From Tubiluchus corallicola (Eukaryota; Animalia; Priapulida): a stretch of 64,000 bases of DNA. The stretch spans positions 248,001-312,000 of the forward strand of contig JAQGDQ010000077.1 of NCBI GenBank assembly GCA_030141605.1, written 5' to 3'. A program made the position numbers and the translations under genes. The notes beneath the pieces are model-generated. The model made no database searches, was not told where the DNA came from, and was given only the letters and a program-made list of their open reading frames with translations. Shown in pieces: positions 1-38,120 of this stretch (positions are counted from its first letter, which is position 1; each line of letters begins with the position of its first letter).

Positions 1-90
1 TCCTTGCAGCATACCAAAGTTATCATCACTATCCAATTTTGCATGTTTTCCTCTATGGAAACTTGCAGCGATATATTTTTATTTCACTAG

Positions 91-3000
91 AATTCGTGGA
101 AATCCTACGGTTTTCACGTAAATTATTTTTTAAGGATGCGGAGGTGAGATGGGACACAGAAATCTTTTCCAGGGCAGCCTTCATTGCAGTTAAGATCTTT
201 CGCAATTGACAGTCTTTTTACATTAATTTAGATTAAATTTAAGATTAAAACTGTGTAACAATGTTTCTGACAGTAGGAGAATATTTCTAAAATCAATGCT
301 AATTAATTCTATCGATATTAATTAATGATATCGTTAGTTGCCAGCTAATTTGGGAAAGCATTGATACGAATTTTTGAGACAGTTTATAAAGAAAAAGTTT
401 CATTTCTTATTCAGGTCTCTCACCGTTGTGGATATCTACGACGGATTGTGGCATCATTTTTGTCTGGTTGTAGAAAGTGACCCAGATTTCGTACATCTCT
501 ACGTAGATGGAGGACTTGAAGTAAACCAGTAGTTGTTTTGTAAACAATGTTGTATCAATTCTAAAAAATATGATAGCTAAGCTCTATAGCTCTGCGTCAA
601 GCGTCGAAATCTGATTGATTTAAATTATCATTCCGATAATAATAAAAAGTACTTTTAGATTTCAGAGCTGTGCGTCGTAGGTGTAGCGAAAGTGACGTGT
701 TTTTCTCACTGTTACAAAATTTATTGCCACTCTTTAAATAATTGTTAGCAGTCACACATAACCGTGGGAAGCCGTGAACTTTCTTGGGTAGACATTAAGA
801 TTCGGAGGCGATTAGCTTCTTGACCTTTGTGTGTGCTTAGCAACCGAGTTTGACCAACATCGAATCTGGTCAGTAAATGAATAGGTGTCATCAGAAAAAT
901 TATTACATAATGCCGTTCGGAATACCGACCTGAAATGCGAATAAATAATAATCAGTGCTACTTGTTATAATAATGGCTTTGTCTGTTTATTGTCACAGGA
1001 TAATGTCAAGTTATGCAAGTCCTACGTCCTACATACTGCACGGAAAAATCTTATTGTACTTTTTAGGCTTATAAATGCCTCGAATTACCAACTAAATCAT
1101 TTGTTTTACGGTATTAAAAAGACTACCTTGTGAACACGTATAAGACGATTATCCTGAAGTAGCCAGGATTTCGTATAGTGCAGCAGTGCTGCTATGCAAG
1201 AATGTCTCCACGTTTAAGCTAACAATCCACGACGAACTCCATTTAAAATGTTACTGTATAAATTTTGGTGATTTTCATCAGGGACAAAATTGGTCGTTCC
1301 AGAGCCAACAGGGGTGCTTTAAATTGCTTAATGTCAAATTACCATAACTATCTGGCGAACTTCTGCGCTTGCTTTATTATTACCAGTATTTAACCGAACT
1401 GTCTTGTTTCAAACACATTTAAGGTGTTACCAGAAAAAATTGTATCTCCAGCCTGTATCTCCATTTTTGTATGCTTACATTCGTATTTCGTTTTGCATTT
1501 TTCACTGTCAATAGGCCTAATTTCTTGCCTTCTTTTTATGCTTATTTTAGTAAAGAAAAGAAGTAGAATAAGACAAACAAAGCAAAACGAAACAAAAAAC
1601 AAGATTAATGGAAACAAAACGATTCTAAAATGAACAATTATTTTGAATAAAGCTAAGTTGTCATTTTTGTCATTTACAGGCTGGAGGTGAAACAATTTCA
1701 GTGGCAACAGATCAGTATAATAATTTGGATCTGGAAGATTTGGACGAATTCGATCCGGATCCCGTGGGTGCAATTGGTACAACAATATATAATAATGAAG
1801 CGGACGGAGAGGCTTTAGAGGAAGAAGATTATGGATATTTAGGTATGCTCTGTGATTTCAATGTCTACTCCAAAGCTAAGACACAGGGACAAGTTGCTGG
1901 CATTGCTTCGTCTGGAATGAACAACAATGGCGATGTTTTAAGATGGTCAGATATAAACGATATAGCTACATGCGATGTAAGTTGACTGCTAAAATGTTCG
2001 TTACAATTTCACTTGCGTAATGGGGATATTATTGAGTAATAGTTGTGACAATGTCCATAGGACTACCAAGGTTTTACTAAACAAAAATTTAAAAATTTAA
2101 AAGTTGGATGAGTACAGCAGCGAACTTACACCAGCCGTCCACACATTTCCCACATCAGATGTTACAGATTTTTCTGGCCACGCTCTAGCTTTCTTTGGAC
2201 ACTGACTTCACTTTTATTTTTATAGTAACGCTAAAAAATTAATGTTCATATTATCTGTTAGCTGCATTTTCGGAAGTGCTGCTAATAAATTCTCCTATCT
2301 TATTTGACTTCATTTGCTTTGAGTGTTGATTAATTTATTAAATTCTGTGCAGTCATAGACGGTCAGTGTAAATGATGTTGACCAGCATTATATTAAAATC
2401 CATGAAGTTATCTAAAATATATTAATTCTGCTCTGCATACAGCTTCAACGGCTTCACAATTTCCGGCGATTCATATGTCAAACGAAAGACTAGTTTAAAT
2501 TATTTTCCATAACTGGTGGGTGTGGGGTTATTTTACAATGACCCGTCAATCTGGGTGTTGATTGGTTGGTAATAAAAGCATGTATGGCAATGGTTGTCTA
2601 TGTTAATGAATAAACGTTTATGTCAATCGCTTTTCCAGCAATATGTTTTTATGCAAATCCCGAGCTTGTCTCATTTACTTCCTTTGTATTTTAGGCGCAA
2701 CAAATCAGACCATCTACGTGTCTTACTTCATCAGACTTGAAGAAAAAGTGTGTTAACCCAGCAATTTCCACAGAAGTTTCTGATTTATTTGATATGTTAA
2801 ACGAAATCTCAGAAAAGAGTGAAAGCAGCAAAGGAAGCAACAATAAAAAGTCAAACAAGGCTTCCGGCTATGGTAAAGGGAACAAGCGAAAAACCAGCAG
2901 TAGCAAAAACGGTTACGGCAACAACCAGCAGAATCTTGGTTACAATTCAGAGTTTGGCAACTCTTTCTTCAGTAGATATGCCTTTGACAACAACAATCAT

Positions 3001-3345
3001 GGTGGATACAACAATGGTAATAACAATGGCTATGGTGATATTGGTAACGGCAGAAACGAAGGATATGGAAAGACGAACAGCAATAGTGGTGGATACGGCA
3101 GTGACAGTAATAATGGCTATGGCGGGTTAAATGGGAATATTAAAGGATTTGGTGAAGTTAATTTTAATAATGGCCGCTATAGTGGATTTAATAGGGGCAG
3201 TGGATTTAATGGTAATAGTGATGGACGTGGTGATGGCAACGGCTATAACAGTAACAATAACAATAAGAACTATGGTAGTAATACTGGCACTCATAAGAAT
3301 GGTGAGTACGGGAATAGTAATGGTGCCAATGCTCCTATAGGTTAA
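91..3345 (+). CDS. 3' part of a spliced gene: pentraxin/LamG (concanavalin-A-like) domain followed by a Gly/Asn/Tyr-rich low-complexity tail; 5' end lies outside the window
   Basis: Phase-compatible GT-AG exons 91-117 (tentative), 415-520, 1680-1976, 2695-3345 translate to ...DIYDGLWHHFCLVV...VHLYVDGGLE|AGGETISVATDQ...GYLGMLCDFNVYSKA...GDVLRWSDI. These match the DGxWHHxC, LYVDG and GxLxxFNxY...GxxxxW motifs of pentraxin/LamG domains. Confidence 0.75.
415..520 (+). CDS. pentraxin/LamG gene exon (SLTVVDIYDGLWHHFCLVVESDPDFVHLYVDGGLE)
   Basis: ttcag acceptor, gtaaac donor, WHHxC and LYVDG motifs. Confidence 0.8.
1680..1976 (+). CDS. pentraxin/LamG gene exon with acidic insert
   Basis: tttacag acceptor, gtaagt donor, phase 0-0; overlaps ORF 1701..1985. 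Confidence 0.8.
2695..3345 (+). CDS. terminal exon: linker with two Cys plus Gly/Asn/Tyr/Ser-rich tail
   Basis: ttttag acceptor in frame with ORF 2737..3345; TAA stop; AATAAA-containing AT-rich 3' region follows. Confidence 0.8.
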   Translation, partial: AQQIRPSTCLTSSDLKKKCVNPAISTEVSDLFDMLNEISEKSESSKGSNNKKSNKASGYGKGNKRKTSSSKNGYGNNQQNLGYNSEFGNSFFSRYAFDNNNHGGYNNGNNNGYGDIGNGRNEGYGKTNSNSGGYGSDSNNGYGGLNGNIKGFGEVNFNNGRYSGFNRGSGFNGNSDGRGDGNGYNSNNNNKNYGSNTGTHKNGEYGNSNGANAPIG

Positions 3346-5176
3346 GTGTAAGGAGCTAACACGAGCACTATAACAATGTGCTCATGATAGTAAAGTATAA
3401 TAAAGGCCTACAAATTGATGAGCAATGAGCTTTTACGTTTGAGCAATGCAACATAGCAATAATTTTACAATTTTTTCTTGAATTAAAAATATTTATAATA
3501 TTTATTTTATAAAAAATTAAAGTATCTATTTATTATTTGCTAACTACCAAATTAAATGACTAACATTGGTACTTTTATATATTTGATAGAGAATAAGGAC
3601 GCTTGGTGACATTTAAGCCTACATAATTAAACATAATCAAACATATATGTTGTATTTTAATCGTATATTTTTGGGTGTTTAAGCTTAACTTTCATGCAAG
3701 AGAAATACCCATTAGTATGTTTTTTTAAGCTTTATACAGTTTTAATATTGTATTCGTCTAACAGCTATTATCCAACATTTAATATTTATCATCAAATATT
3801 TATTTATTATAACTTCTGTGCATCAGGTAGCTGTAATGATTTGTTACTACCCTACTGAAATTATGATTCTTTAGAATTTGTATGTTTTACAAATGTATTT
3901 CTGCGCCATTGCATTTAATAGTATTAATGTATTATAATAAGTTTATAAACTTACATTTTCAAATTAGAGAAAACAGACAAATTTAATATGATTGTACAGG
4001 CCATAATTGTAAATACATGTCACTAATATACAGCAACATAATTTAATCAATTTTTTCTGTAATATTAATTATTAAGACATAATTGCCACGATCTTTAAAA
4101 TCATGGAAGCTTCTCACGTAATAATTATGATAAAATGAATAAAATAAACAATAAACTTATGTATAGATTGTGCAATTATTGCATACGATAAAATTTTTAA
4201 ACAAAAACACAAATATTTACTGATCATATTACATAGTTAAGCACATCGATAATAATCTAAATCTAGTATAAAATTACTTATTTAATGCAAACTAAACTAC
4301 TCGAAAATTAAAGAAGAAATTTACATACAACAATAGATAAATCATTATTATACAATCTTGTACAAAGTAAAATTCCAAAAAATGAGGTAAGTTAAATTTA
4401 ACTTGGACTGATCAAAATAAAGACAGGACATCAGCTACTTCAGCAAAGCTGTGATGATCCAGTACGTGATTCCTAATTAAATCAATTTTTAGTGGCAAAA
4501 GAATTACTAAAAATAAAGCATTACTAAAAATGAATCAGCCGGGTTACTAAAAAAACTTGATTTATAATTTTTACAGTAGTTATCCAGGATTTTACGAGAT
4601 AACACCATGAATACCTTATTATTAACTCAGTTTCTTACTTAATTATCAGAAGGCACCAAACAGAGCGCAAACAATTTTTTTCACTTCAGAAATTCTTCCA
4701 TATTGCACGAGCCCAGACACTTACCGCACTAACGTAACTCTAGTACTTACAGCTTACATTGTTTTCGAGCCTGCCCACTCCTTGTTTCCCTCCTCCATGA
4801 GCCCAGTCCCGGGCCTACTGAAACTAACTTAACTTTATTAGTTGTTCTTGAACAAGTACAAAGTACTACTGTTGTCAAAATTTGAGTAGGCCTACAGTTT
4901 ATATTAGAAACTTTTAAGAACACAAAAGCATGGAATTTATATTCTTTACGTAAAACGGTATATTACAGACAATGCTTATGTTTGATTTTTGGAATCTAGC
5001 CTAAAATATCCGGATTGACATGACAGTACATCCTGCGGCGCAGGTCACTGTAATTCATCTGACTGAAAGAAAGTTTTCCAGGTTTCTTTGGTTTGGTCAT
5101 GACTCGCGTGTGCATTCCGCAAAACAAAAAGTAGTTTTCATTTTCAAAGTCAGTTTTATTGAATTATAAGGTAATG

Positions 5177-29447
<24,271 letters not shown>

Positions 29448-30016
29448 TGCCGTGTCCGTTCTTTGGATGGTCACAGTAGTCGTATCATCTGATATTGAAC
29501 AGTAAACTGTGACGAAAGTGCAGCCGAAGTTCAACAATCATTTTGCGGCAGTGGTACGTCAACGTGTGAGTCGCGCGGAGAAGATAAACGAGGCCAAAGA
29601 AGTTGCCTCTTCTTCCTAGCGCAATCGACCCACTCCTCAAGCTTCCTGTTTTTATGCGCCTAGTTTTTCAATGGCAGCTGTTGCCAGAAAGAAAGTTATA
29701 TAGTAACAGTTTCAATTTCAAACTCGACCTGACCTCAATTATTAGTTTTATTGCTTGTCTGCGTGTGTTATTGTGTTTACCAGGTGAAATGGCAGCCGTT
29801 GTTCATTCGTTGTACTAGCATTGGCTGCTCTTTCATTTATTAAGAATACAAACGCTTCTATAGTTTTACATTATAATGAACCGATAAGCGTGAAACGAAG
29901 GTTTATCACATTCACTGGAGAGACATATTATCCTGCCACAGTATTCCTAGTCAGAATGAAATCGAAGGAACTATATGCAGCACGAGTTCAGTAGTCTTCT
30001 TTATTAGCTATTTTAG

Positions 30017-30030
30017 CCACGAGATGGCGC
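30017..30030 (+). promoter_or_regulatory. CTCF-like motif CCACGAGATGGCGC
   Basis: Visual match to the CCACnAGRKGGCGC consensus; lies between the two divergent genes. Confidence 0.4.
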
Positions 30031-33000
30031 GTGCGAACAGCACTAGCTAACGTCGCAGTATGCTGAAAATGGTACGGATCCAATGCTCCAGGGAAGCTCA
30101 GGTGCCAGGATCGATTAGTGTTTCAAGTCCTCAGAAGCTCACACATTTCTTACATTTTAGATGTTTTGGAGACATTTTTAATTGAAATTTGAGTGTGCTT
30201 ATCAATACTAAACTTCATTTTCGCAAATCTCTTGCAACGTGAATTGCAGCCTCGTCAACTGTTACTTTTTAAATAATACCCAGTAAGCGTATGTAACCGG
30301 ACTTATTGTTGCTAACTGAACAAATTGTTAAATATAGAAGAATAAATTTTTAAGTTATGTGAAATGTAAAAAAACTTCCATTATCAAGAAATCTACTAAT
30401 ATGTAAAAAAATCAGCAATAAAGTTACATTTTCATTCTTGACAACGCTATTAAAATGCTGGTTTAGTCATGACTAATGTAAGTTCAGCAATGAATAGCAC
30501 TGTGCACATAGGTTTACATTAGCAGGTATAATAAAAATAGTTTCCAGATACAAAATACACACTGGCTTAGCTTGCTGATAAAAGGAACAAACACTTCTCA
30601 CTCCATTCACTCCAATTTATTTTGTTTTATGTTTACTTTCCTTGCTGTTGTTTGAGACAGTTCACCTAAGAGTTAACCTGTCACACACTCACGCGTTACT
30701 TAGCATACAATTTAGTAAGTAAACATAGCGAGACGCTAGATGTTAAATTTAATGTATTAACCTACAACACGACAAGCCCAAAGCATGCAGGTCAATTGCA
30801 TAGGTATTTAAAGGCTATTGTGGTTATTTCAGAAAACGTACATGATGGAGTCTTCTGGTGGAATATTGTGGCCTTGCCCCCCTCCCTTCCCATAATATTT
30901 GCTATAACATACGTATTGTGTAACAACTATAGTTCAGCACTGGAACTCTAATGATTTTGAAGAGCCATCTAGTGTAATATGAGAAAGTGACAGTCAAAGA
31001 GATAACATCATACTACTAGACCCATGAACTTATGAGTTTGCACAAATCATTTGCACTAGAAATTCCTAAGTCCTGAATGGTGTTGTAAAAAGTAGTTTAT
31101 TTTATTTTAACCTAGGTGTTATCGTTAAAATCCATTTTGTGCAAAATGCGTTTTGTCATGTTAATCTTTTAATTGTGGCTTCTAAGAAAAACATTGAGTT
31201 TCAACATATTTTCTCATAAAGGCCATGTACTCAGTGATCGACGTCTGGGAGCAATTCATTGCTTATGTACTGAGCATACTACTATTTTTTGAATAATTAG
31301 TTATTTTAATTTAATCAGTTTAATTCAAAAGTCAAGTCAATTTATCAGGAAGACTCATTTATTACTCAAGCAGAAGTTGAGCGCAGTCAAGCTGCAAGTC
31401 CCCCAAGATTGCTATATTTGAAAGCATGTAGGTAGCCTACTCTAGCAATGTTTCTATATGTGTGACCATAGATAATATGTGACAATAAACTTATTAATAC
31501 CCGGATGTGAACAAGGCGTGATAATGAGGCTATAACGTGCTCTAGGGGGATCATGGCTCGCACTACATTCAGTACCACAAAGCCATTCTATATCGCTAGC
31601 TCAGACAGGCGTATTCTTACAGATGCTTATTAGCGACTCGTATACAAATTTCCCTGTAGATGTGTGAATGAAACGTAATGTGAGGGTGCGTATCAGCAAA
31701 ACAACATCACATAGAATGTAACGTGTACTTTGGCCTGGGGCACATTTTGTGGTCAAACTCCTTAAAAATGGAAGAAATTTCAATTTTATGGGTTCCAGTC
31801 TTATTCGGTTTAACAAAATTTTAATTTAAAGAAGCAAAGAGAAAAAGTTTTTTTGTGATCAACGCTTATTAAAATATCTGTACTTTTTATTCTTTTCTCA
31901 TGTATATGTATGATACATCACTAGTATTATACCAGTTGACTTGATTGATTATACACTGCTAGAATATTAAAGCTTATTAAAATGTTTTAACTTTTTAGGC
32001 TAGGATGAGATCTCGGCTGTATGCTATTGGTGAACCAATAATTGAAACTGCAGAACAAGCGGTATGAAATCGCAAGATTCTAGGTTCAAGCCTTTGTTAT
32101 CCCACAATTTTCTAGTACCTCCGCCAATTAGCTAGCCATTAGATTAACAGCTACATGTATAAGAATATGATGTTTCTCTTAATGCGCTTAGTTTATTTAG
32201 TTGGCATTGCGTAGATAAAACCTGATGATACGTTACACTTCAGTTTCGATTTAATTCTGTTTGAGACGCCCAGTAGACTGTTAATTGACAAGTTTAAGGC
32301 CCCAGTTTCTTTCAGTGGGGTTGTTGCTATTCCATTTATGCTGAAATTAAGATTTCCAGTTCATATATAATACGAAAATTTACAATGACCCAGGGAAAAG
32401 TTATTTGTTACTATACAGAAATCTTTCAATTAGTAGAAACAGTTGGTTTTGAAGTTAGAAAGTTAGCCTAATTTTACTTACTGTTCCATAACATGGAAAT
32501 GGTCGAAATATCTGATGCTTTATTAAAATAGTGAAATCTATATAAATACATATATTATCATAGCTTACTGTAATATTTACAAATAAGTATCATCTGCATA
32601 TTTATAAATCAGATTTATAATTCAACAGGTTTCACATTGGTGTGGCGCCCCACCTCGGTGTGGCGTATCTTCGAGATACCGGGTTCTATTTACCTTGGCA
32701 ACCCGATTACTTGGATACGCAAGCGCGAGCAAATCTTTATACAAATAGTTGGATACTCATTGTGGTAACATAGTCATAACCTATACCTTCGATCCATCAC
32801 ATTCCGAAGAGCGTTTTATCTACTGATTATGGTCGCATATACGACGTAGACTAAGTATAAACCAAATGCTTTTATTTATATATAATCTCAGTTGAAATTT
32901 ATTAACACTTGCACAAAAAAATTCGTTGATAAGTAAATTATAATGAACAAGAAAAATATTGTAGCAAAAACGGGCATTTTTTTAATCAAAGCAAAAATTA

Positions 33001-36000
33001 TAATTATTTTACCGCAAAAACAAAATATGCAAGGAAACTGTCAGGGCACATGGCACTGGTTTAATGTCATGTCATGATAGAATTATTATATTAAAAAAAC
33101 CATCCCGAAAATGAATTTTTTGCTTATTTCTGATATAAAATTTTAATTTGCTGTCATATTCATGTCATTAACAATTCTAATGCGTTACTGAGAGACAAAA
33201 AACAAAAACCACGCGAGAATACGATTTTAGCACTTTCTCCTACTTGTAACATTACGCGTATTAAATATAAATACCAGCCAGTGTTTTTGCTCATCATAAT
33301 GAAGCATCCCTGTTGATATGTTTCTCAGTTGTGAGAGCACATGTCGTTTATTTATTTGAAATTCCCTTATGATTTTTCTTAATATCCGCAGCACAGTGGC
33401 CATCTTCCCCAAGTCAATGTGCTAATGCTTACTTTGTGGTAATTGCCAGGCAGTGGCAGTTAATCATATCTGTGTGTGTGGCGTAGAAGCTCATTGTAGA
33501 TTTTTTGTGTTGTCTTTGAAGAATTTTTCTTTAGTCATTTGCCGTCGACGTTCAACATTGAATTTATAGGTCGTAGTTATACATCGCCATTGTGTCCATG
33601 CTTCTTTCTAGTTCTTTATCTATGTAGATTATACATTGCTATGTATAAAGACATCTCTAGTATAATTGGTGTGCCTGAGGTTTATGCCACAGCTACACAG
33701 TTAGATAATATTCAGTTTTCCTGGATTCAACTTATAAAGGCGTCTCCATAGAGATTTTACTCTACTATTCGTCTTCACAGTACGACAACTTCCATTTAGA
33801 TACTCCAAAATTACCTCTTATATGTGGTGGATTTGAATGATATGATTTGCTGCGTAAATTATTAATTATGTTTCAGAGAAACACTCTTGGAATTAGTCTC
33901 GGCAAAATAGTTACATATATAGACTACAGAGTGCAGTTTCGATGATGCGAGATGAAATTATCCCCCGTGTATTAGAGCTGCATTGCGGCGATAGTGTCGG
34001 TAAGAAAAGAAAGAAAAGATATTTATTCAGGATAAACTTGATTGAGCAGAACTCGTTTACAACAAGGTTCTGGCTGGCAGCTGCAGTAATCTAAAATTAA
34101 GAAAAATAAAGAAATGTAAGTACATGGACAAACATAAAATTTACAAAACATACATAAAAATCGTAAACAATGTGTGACTTAATATATAAGAAAGTGTGCA
34201 GAAGCACGCAAAAAATAAAGCTAAGATTTCAATCGGAAAAAGCTTAAAACTTAAAATAAACAAAAAAGCAAAAAAACTTAGACATATTAAAAATTGAGAA
34301 ATAGAAATGCAAGCAATTAAAAATAATGTTTTAATGGCATAGCAAAAAGCAGAATGCAAAAGCAAATTACAGCAATAATAAATATTATACATTGAAAATC
34401 TAGAAAAAAGATTAAAAATAAAAGGCAGCTGATATTACAAATGCAAAAAGAATTAAGAAGAAGCAAAGAGCAAAAATCTTAGACATGTTAAGAACGAAAA
34501 TAAAAATTACCAGTACATGATATGGGTAGAGACGATCTGACGATCCACGTCATGCGTGTCATGAGTCACGGAAAATTAGTTATAAAGTTGACCTTATTAA
34601 GGTGTCGACATCATTTTAGTCACTGATTGCACCAACAACAAATCAAGAACGAGAGAGAACACCATCGTACCTCAAGATGGTCAATGACGAAAGCCAATCA
34701 GTCATCAACATTTACCAACTTTCAACGGGTTTCTTGGGTTAACTCAATTCATAATGTTTCGTCCAACGTCGAAGACTTTGTTTACTGTTTTACTATACTG
34801 CTAAAATACAATCAGCGACAGCATTAACGAAAAAATATAGTGCATAAATAGATGAACAAACAAATAAACATTCCAATTATGTTATAACGGACGTAAGTCT
34901 TCTACGTAATGGATTCAGGTCCTGGTACTATTGTCTTACAACAATAAATGATCTACACAAGCACCAAGTCTTTCCTTGTTTTATAAGATGCCCATGACTT
35001 TATTCGTAAAGGTCTGCCTGCCTCTACTTTTCCCTTCAGCCAAATTATCTGTCAATGAAGAGTTAATTACCATCTCTGCGCTGTCAGCCGTTGTGTCTTC
35101 AATACCGTCTTGCAACCACTTCAATCAACCTGGTACTGCTGGATAGAGAACAACTTTCATGGATGGGCAGAAAGCTAAAAGTGGTCTTTGGGTTGTAGTT
35201 GCAACATTACATAATTCACATTTACATATTGTAGCAGCATTGTAACGTACCTGGCGGTTAAATAAACCGTTTATTTATCCAAGCTGTTTAGAGGCGCAAA
35301 GTTATAGAGTCATATTCAACAGTTGAGATGCAATGATTCATACTTCATGTGAAATATGAAACAGCGGATGGTCAATAATCGGTGACAGAAACCATTTCAC
35401 ATCTGCTCTGTTCAATTCACGTTAAACTGCTGGAAGATTTATTGGCCGTTTGATGTACTTACTCGCTGGGGAATCGGCATTGCTTGAGGTCTGTCTTCCT
35501 ACACTGCGATGATTTGCGTTGTAGGGTTAAGCTAGGACTCCCTTAAAATGTCCATTACCAACCAGGCATGTGGCTTCTGATGTCCATTGTGCCATACGTT
35601 CCCGAAGGACTAAAATGGAGACATTAAAGTGCTTCAATCGGGCACGTCCTACTTGCTTATTTTTTTTAAAGTTAAAATTTCCGTAAAAAATCATGGACGC
35701 CTTTACAGTTGCCACGAGAGCATTTTTTCATAGAAATTTAGAATGCGCACTGTTGGGACAGATCCATTTATGCATCAGAGTTAAAGAAATCACTACAATT
35801 TAACAATATGTACAGGGCAGATTGATAATATTGGCATTAATTGGCATAATCCATTTAACGGGCATATTTTTCTGGCTGCATTGGAAAAATGCATAGTCGG
35901 ACTCAATATGGCTTGCGCAATGGCCCGTAGTATGTGAATGCAAAATTTCAGCCTCCAACGACGAAAACTGTGGCCTGTAGTAGCTTTCACTTCGTGTCGG

Positions 36001-37787
36001 ATCTGAAAAACCTGCTGCCTAAATAACTGAAACGTTCAGCAGATAAATTAAACATGGGTGAGGTTTTTTGCAACACTAAGGCAATGCAAAATTACAAAAT
36101 TAATTTTATAGTTCTTGATATTAAGAAGATTTATTTATTTGTCTTTCGTTATTCTTTCATTTTTGGTTACAACTTCTTGCAGTTTACGTCGTGGCTTTAC
36201 CCCAAACCGAGCAGTTTCCTATCTTAACCGATCACGTTCGTCTGCAGTGAATAGCGCAATCAGCAATAATTATTAATACGATTTTTTTCTGTCAAAAGAT
36301 CGAGAAGTGCTTTCTTTGTCAGTGGTTAGCAGCTGCTTCTCTCATGTGCAATACCTTTTAAGTCTCTGGAAAGTAAAACGTTTTCCAAAAAGACCTGCCG
36401 TTTTTGATTTATGCCACTCACGTGTATAAGGCAGTATTGCTTTTTATTGCTCAGGCGATATACAGGACAGAAATAATGAAGTCCCGTAACAGCACACGTG
36501 AGCCCCGTTGCCTTATCATACACATTATAATTATAAATTGTCCATTTTTGCTGTCACCCAATGTCGCTGACACATTTAGAAATTTTATCGTTTAGTTTTT
36601 GTCATCAATTAAAAATAGAAGGTGTTTGTGGTCATACAACTTTCGATAACCAGAAAAGTCGAAACTCTTGTTGGCAAATTTTCCCGGGTTACAATATGTA
36701 CGTTAACTATGAGACTCAGCGTGAAGGGCATGTGGGTGCGTGTGTATTAGAGGGGGAGTAAGCAAAGAAGAACATAGGCGCATAACAATACATTTAGTAT
36801 TTTCTTTTCTTATTTCATTCAAGTTTTTTCTAATTTTACTACCTCTAGTCTAGTAAGAACTTTTGGCACTATCGTGCTTTTCTTTTATTATCTCGATAAA
36901 TTAATGGCATACTAAAATATCGCTAAGTTGACAAAGCAGTTAATATTCATAATTATTTGCGTGGTTATAGGTATTATACTGTTGTTTCTGCAATAACCAT
37001 TGACATCCTCTATTGAAGCCTTTCGATTGACAGTTTCCCGACTGCAGGCAATCAACCAGATTTATGTAATTGTAAATCATAAAATAAAAGTCATTTAGTA
37101 AGAAATTATTCTATTTGCATATTCGAAGCAATATTTATTTATCCCTGCTGTGGTTATTACACATATCATATTAGTACATGATGTGTTCTGCCAATAGTTC
37201 ATAAATTGTGTATAAATAGGAGAACGACGAAAATTTACCAAAGATAAACGGCAACTATATAAATTAGCTTCTTCTCGTTCCATCACAGATCTCGCTTTTG
37301 GTCTCATGTCTGCAGCAGAGAACAGTGAAAGTAGAGAAAATTAATAAGTCACAAACCAAATAATGATGTTACATCAGAAAAGCCAAGCTGAGCCAGAGTA
37401 AAACTCGAATACGCATGTTGCAGCCCTTGGATCACGAATTGAGACCAACTAAGCTAAGTCGATTCTCCTGGATTAGTCTAAATTAAATGCAATGCTGTCG
37501 TTTGCTCGACTGACTGACAAGCGCTCTGATGGGCTGGATGAATAGCTAACTAACTGAGCGATTGAGTGATTATATCCAACTGACTAACCGATTGACCTGC
37601 CAACCAAGTACCTGTATAGGAGATAAACAAAAAAGGGAAGAGCGATAATATTGATTTGTAACAATGCTTTGATGTATGCCAGGGTTAAATTAGCGGTCAT
37701 TGGCTCGAGTCTTAGTTACAGTATTAATGCGGTACATACGTTATAATTAAACCACTGAAATGGCTTAATACAGATTGTTTCATGTCA

Positions 37788-37958
37788 TCACGTGACAATT
37801 CATGTGAAGCCACGTAGTAGCCAAATCTCCTCGCTAACATCGTTTTGCCACATCAAAACTCCCCCTGGACAGTTCCTATTTCACCCGGTCACTTGTAACG
37901 CATTAGACTTATTCTTAAGCTCATTCCGATGACGTCACCACGAGGGTTGGTCACGTGA
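37788..37958 (+). promoter_or_regulatory. promoter cluster: palindromic CRE TGACGTCA (37930-37937) and two TCACGTGA E-boxes (37788-37795, 37951-37958)
   Basis: Exact motifs within about 330 bp upstream of the signal-peptide ATG. Confidence 0.6.
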
Positions 37959-38120
37959 TCGACGCAGGACTTTAGCAGAAGCCTCAGGACTTTCGAGATT
38001 GCTCAACTTGAAACACTAATAAATGAAGTGATTGGACTCGACCGTGACACACGAAACCAAATCGGAAACTGATCAGGACCTTTCGAAAACCGGAAAAGAA
38101 TTCTCCGAGTTAAAAGCAAA

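Noticed and set aside
1390-1785. 131-aa minus-strand ORF with a hydrophobic segment
   Set aside because: Antisense to a pentraxin exon and an A-rich intron; no motif support
2819-3340. Alternate-frame ORFs rich in Met/Val/Thr
   Set aside because: Shadow frames of the Gly/Asn-rich exon
34900-35150. Minus-strand EGKSRGRQ fragment reminiscent of an RTE LINE 3' end
   Set aside because: Too short and degenerate to support without a search
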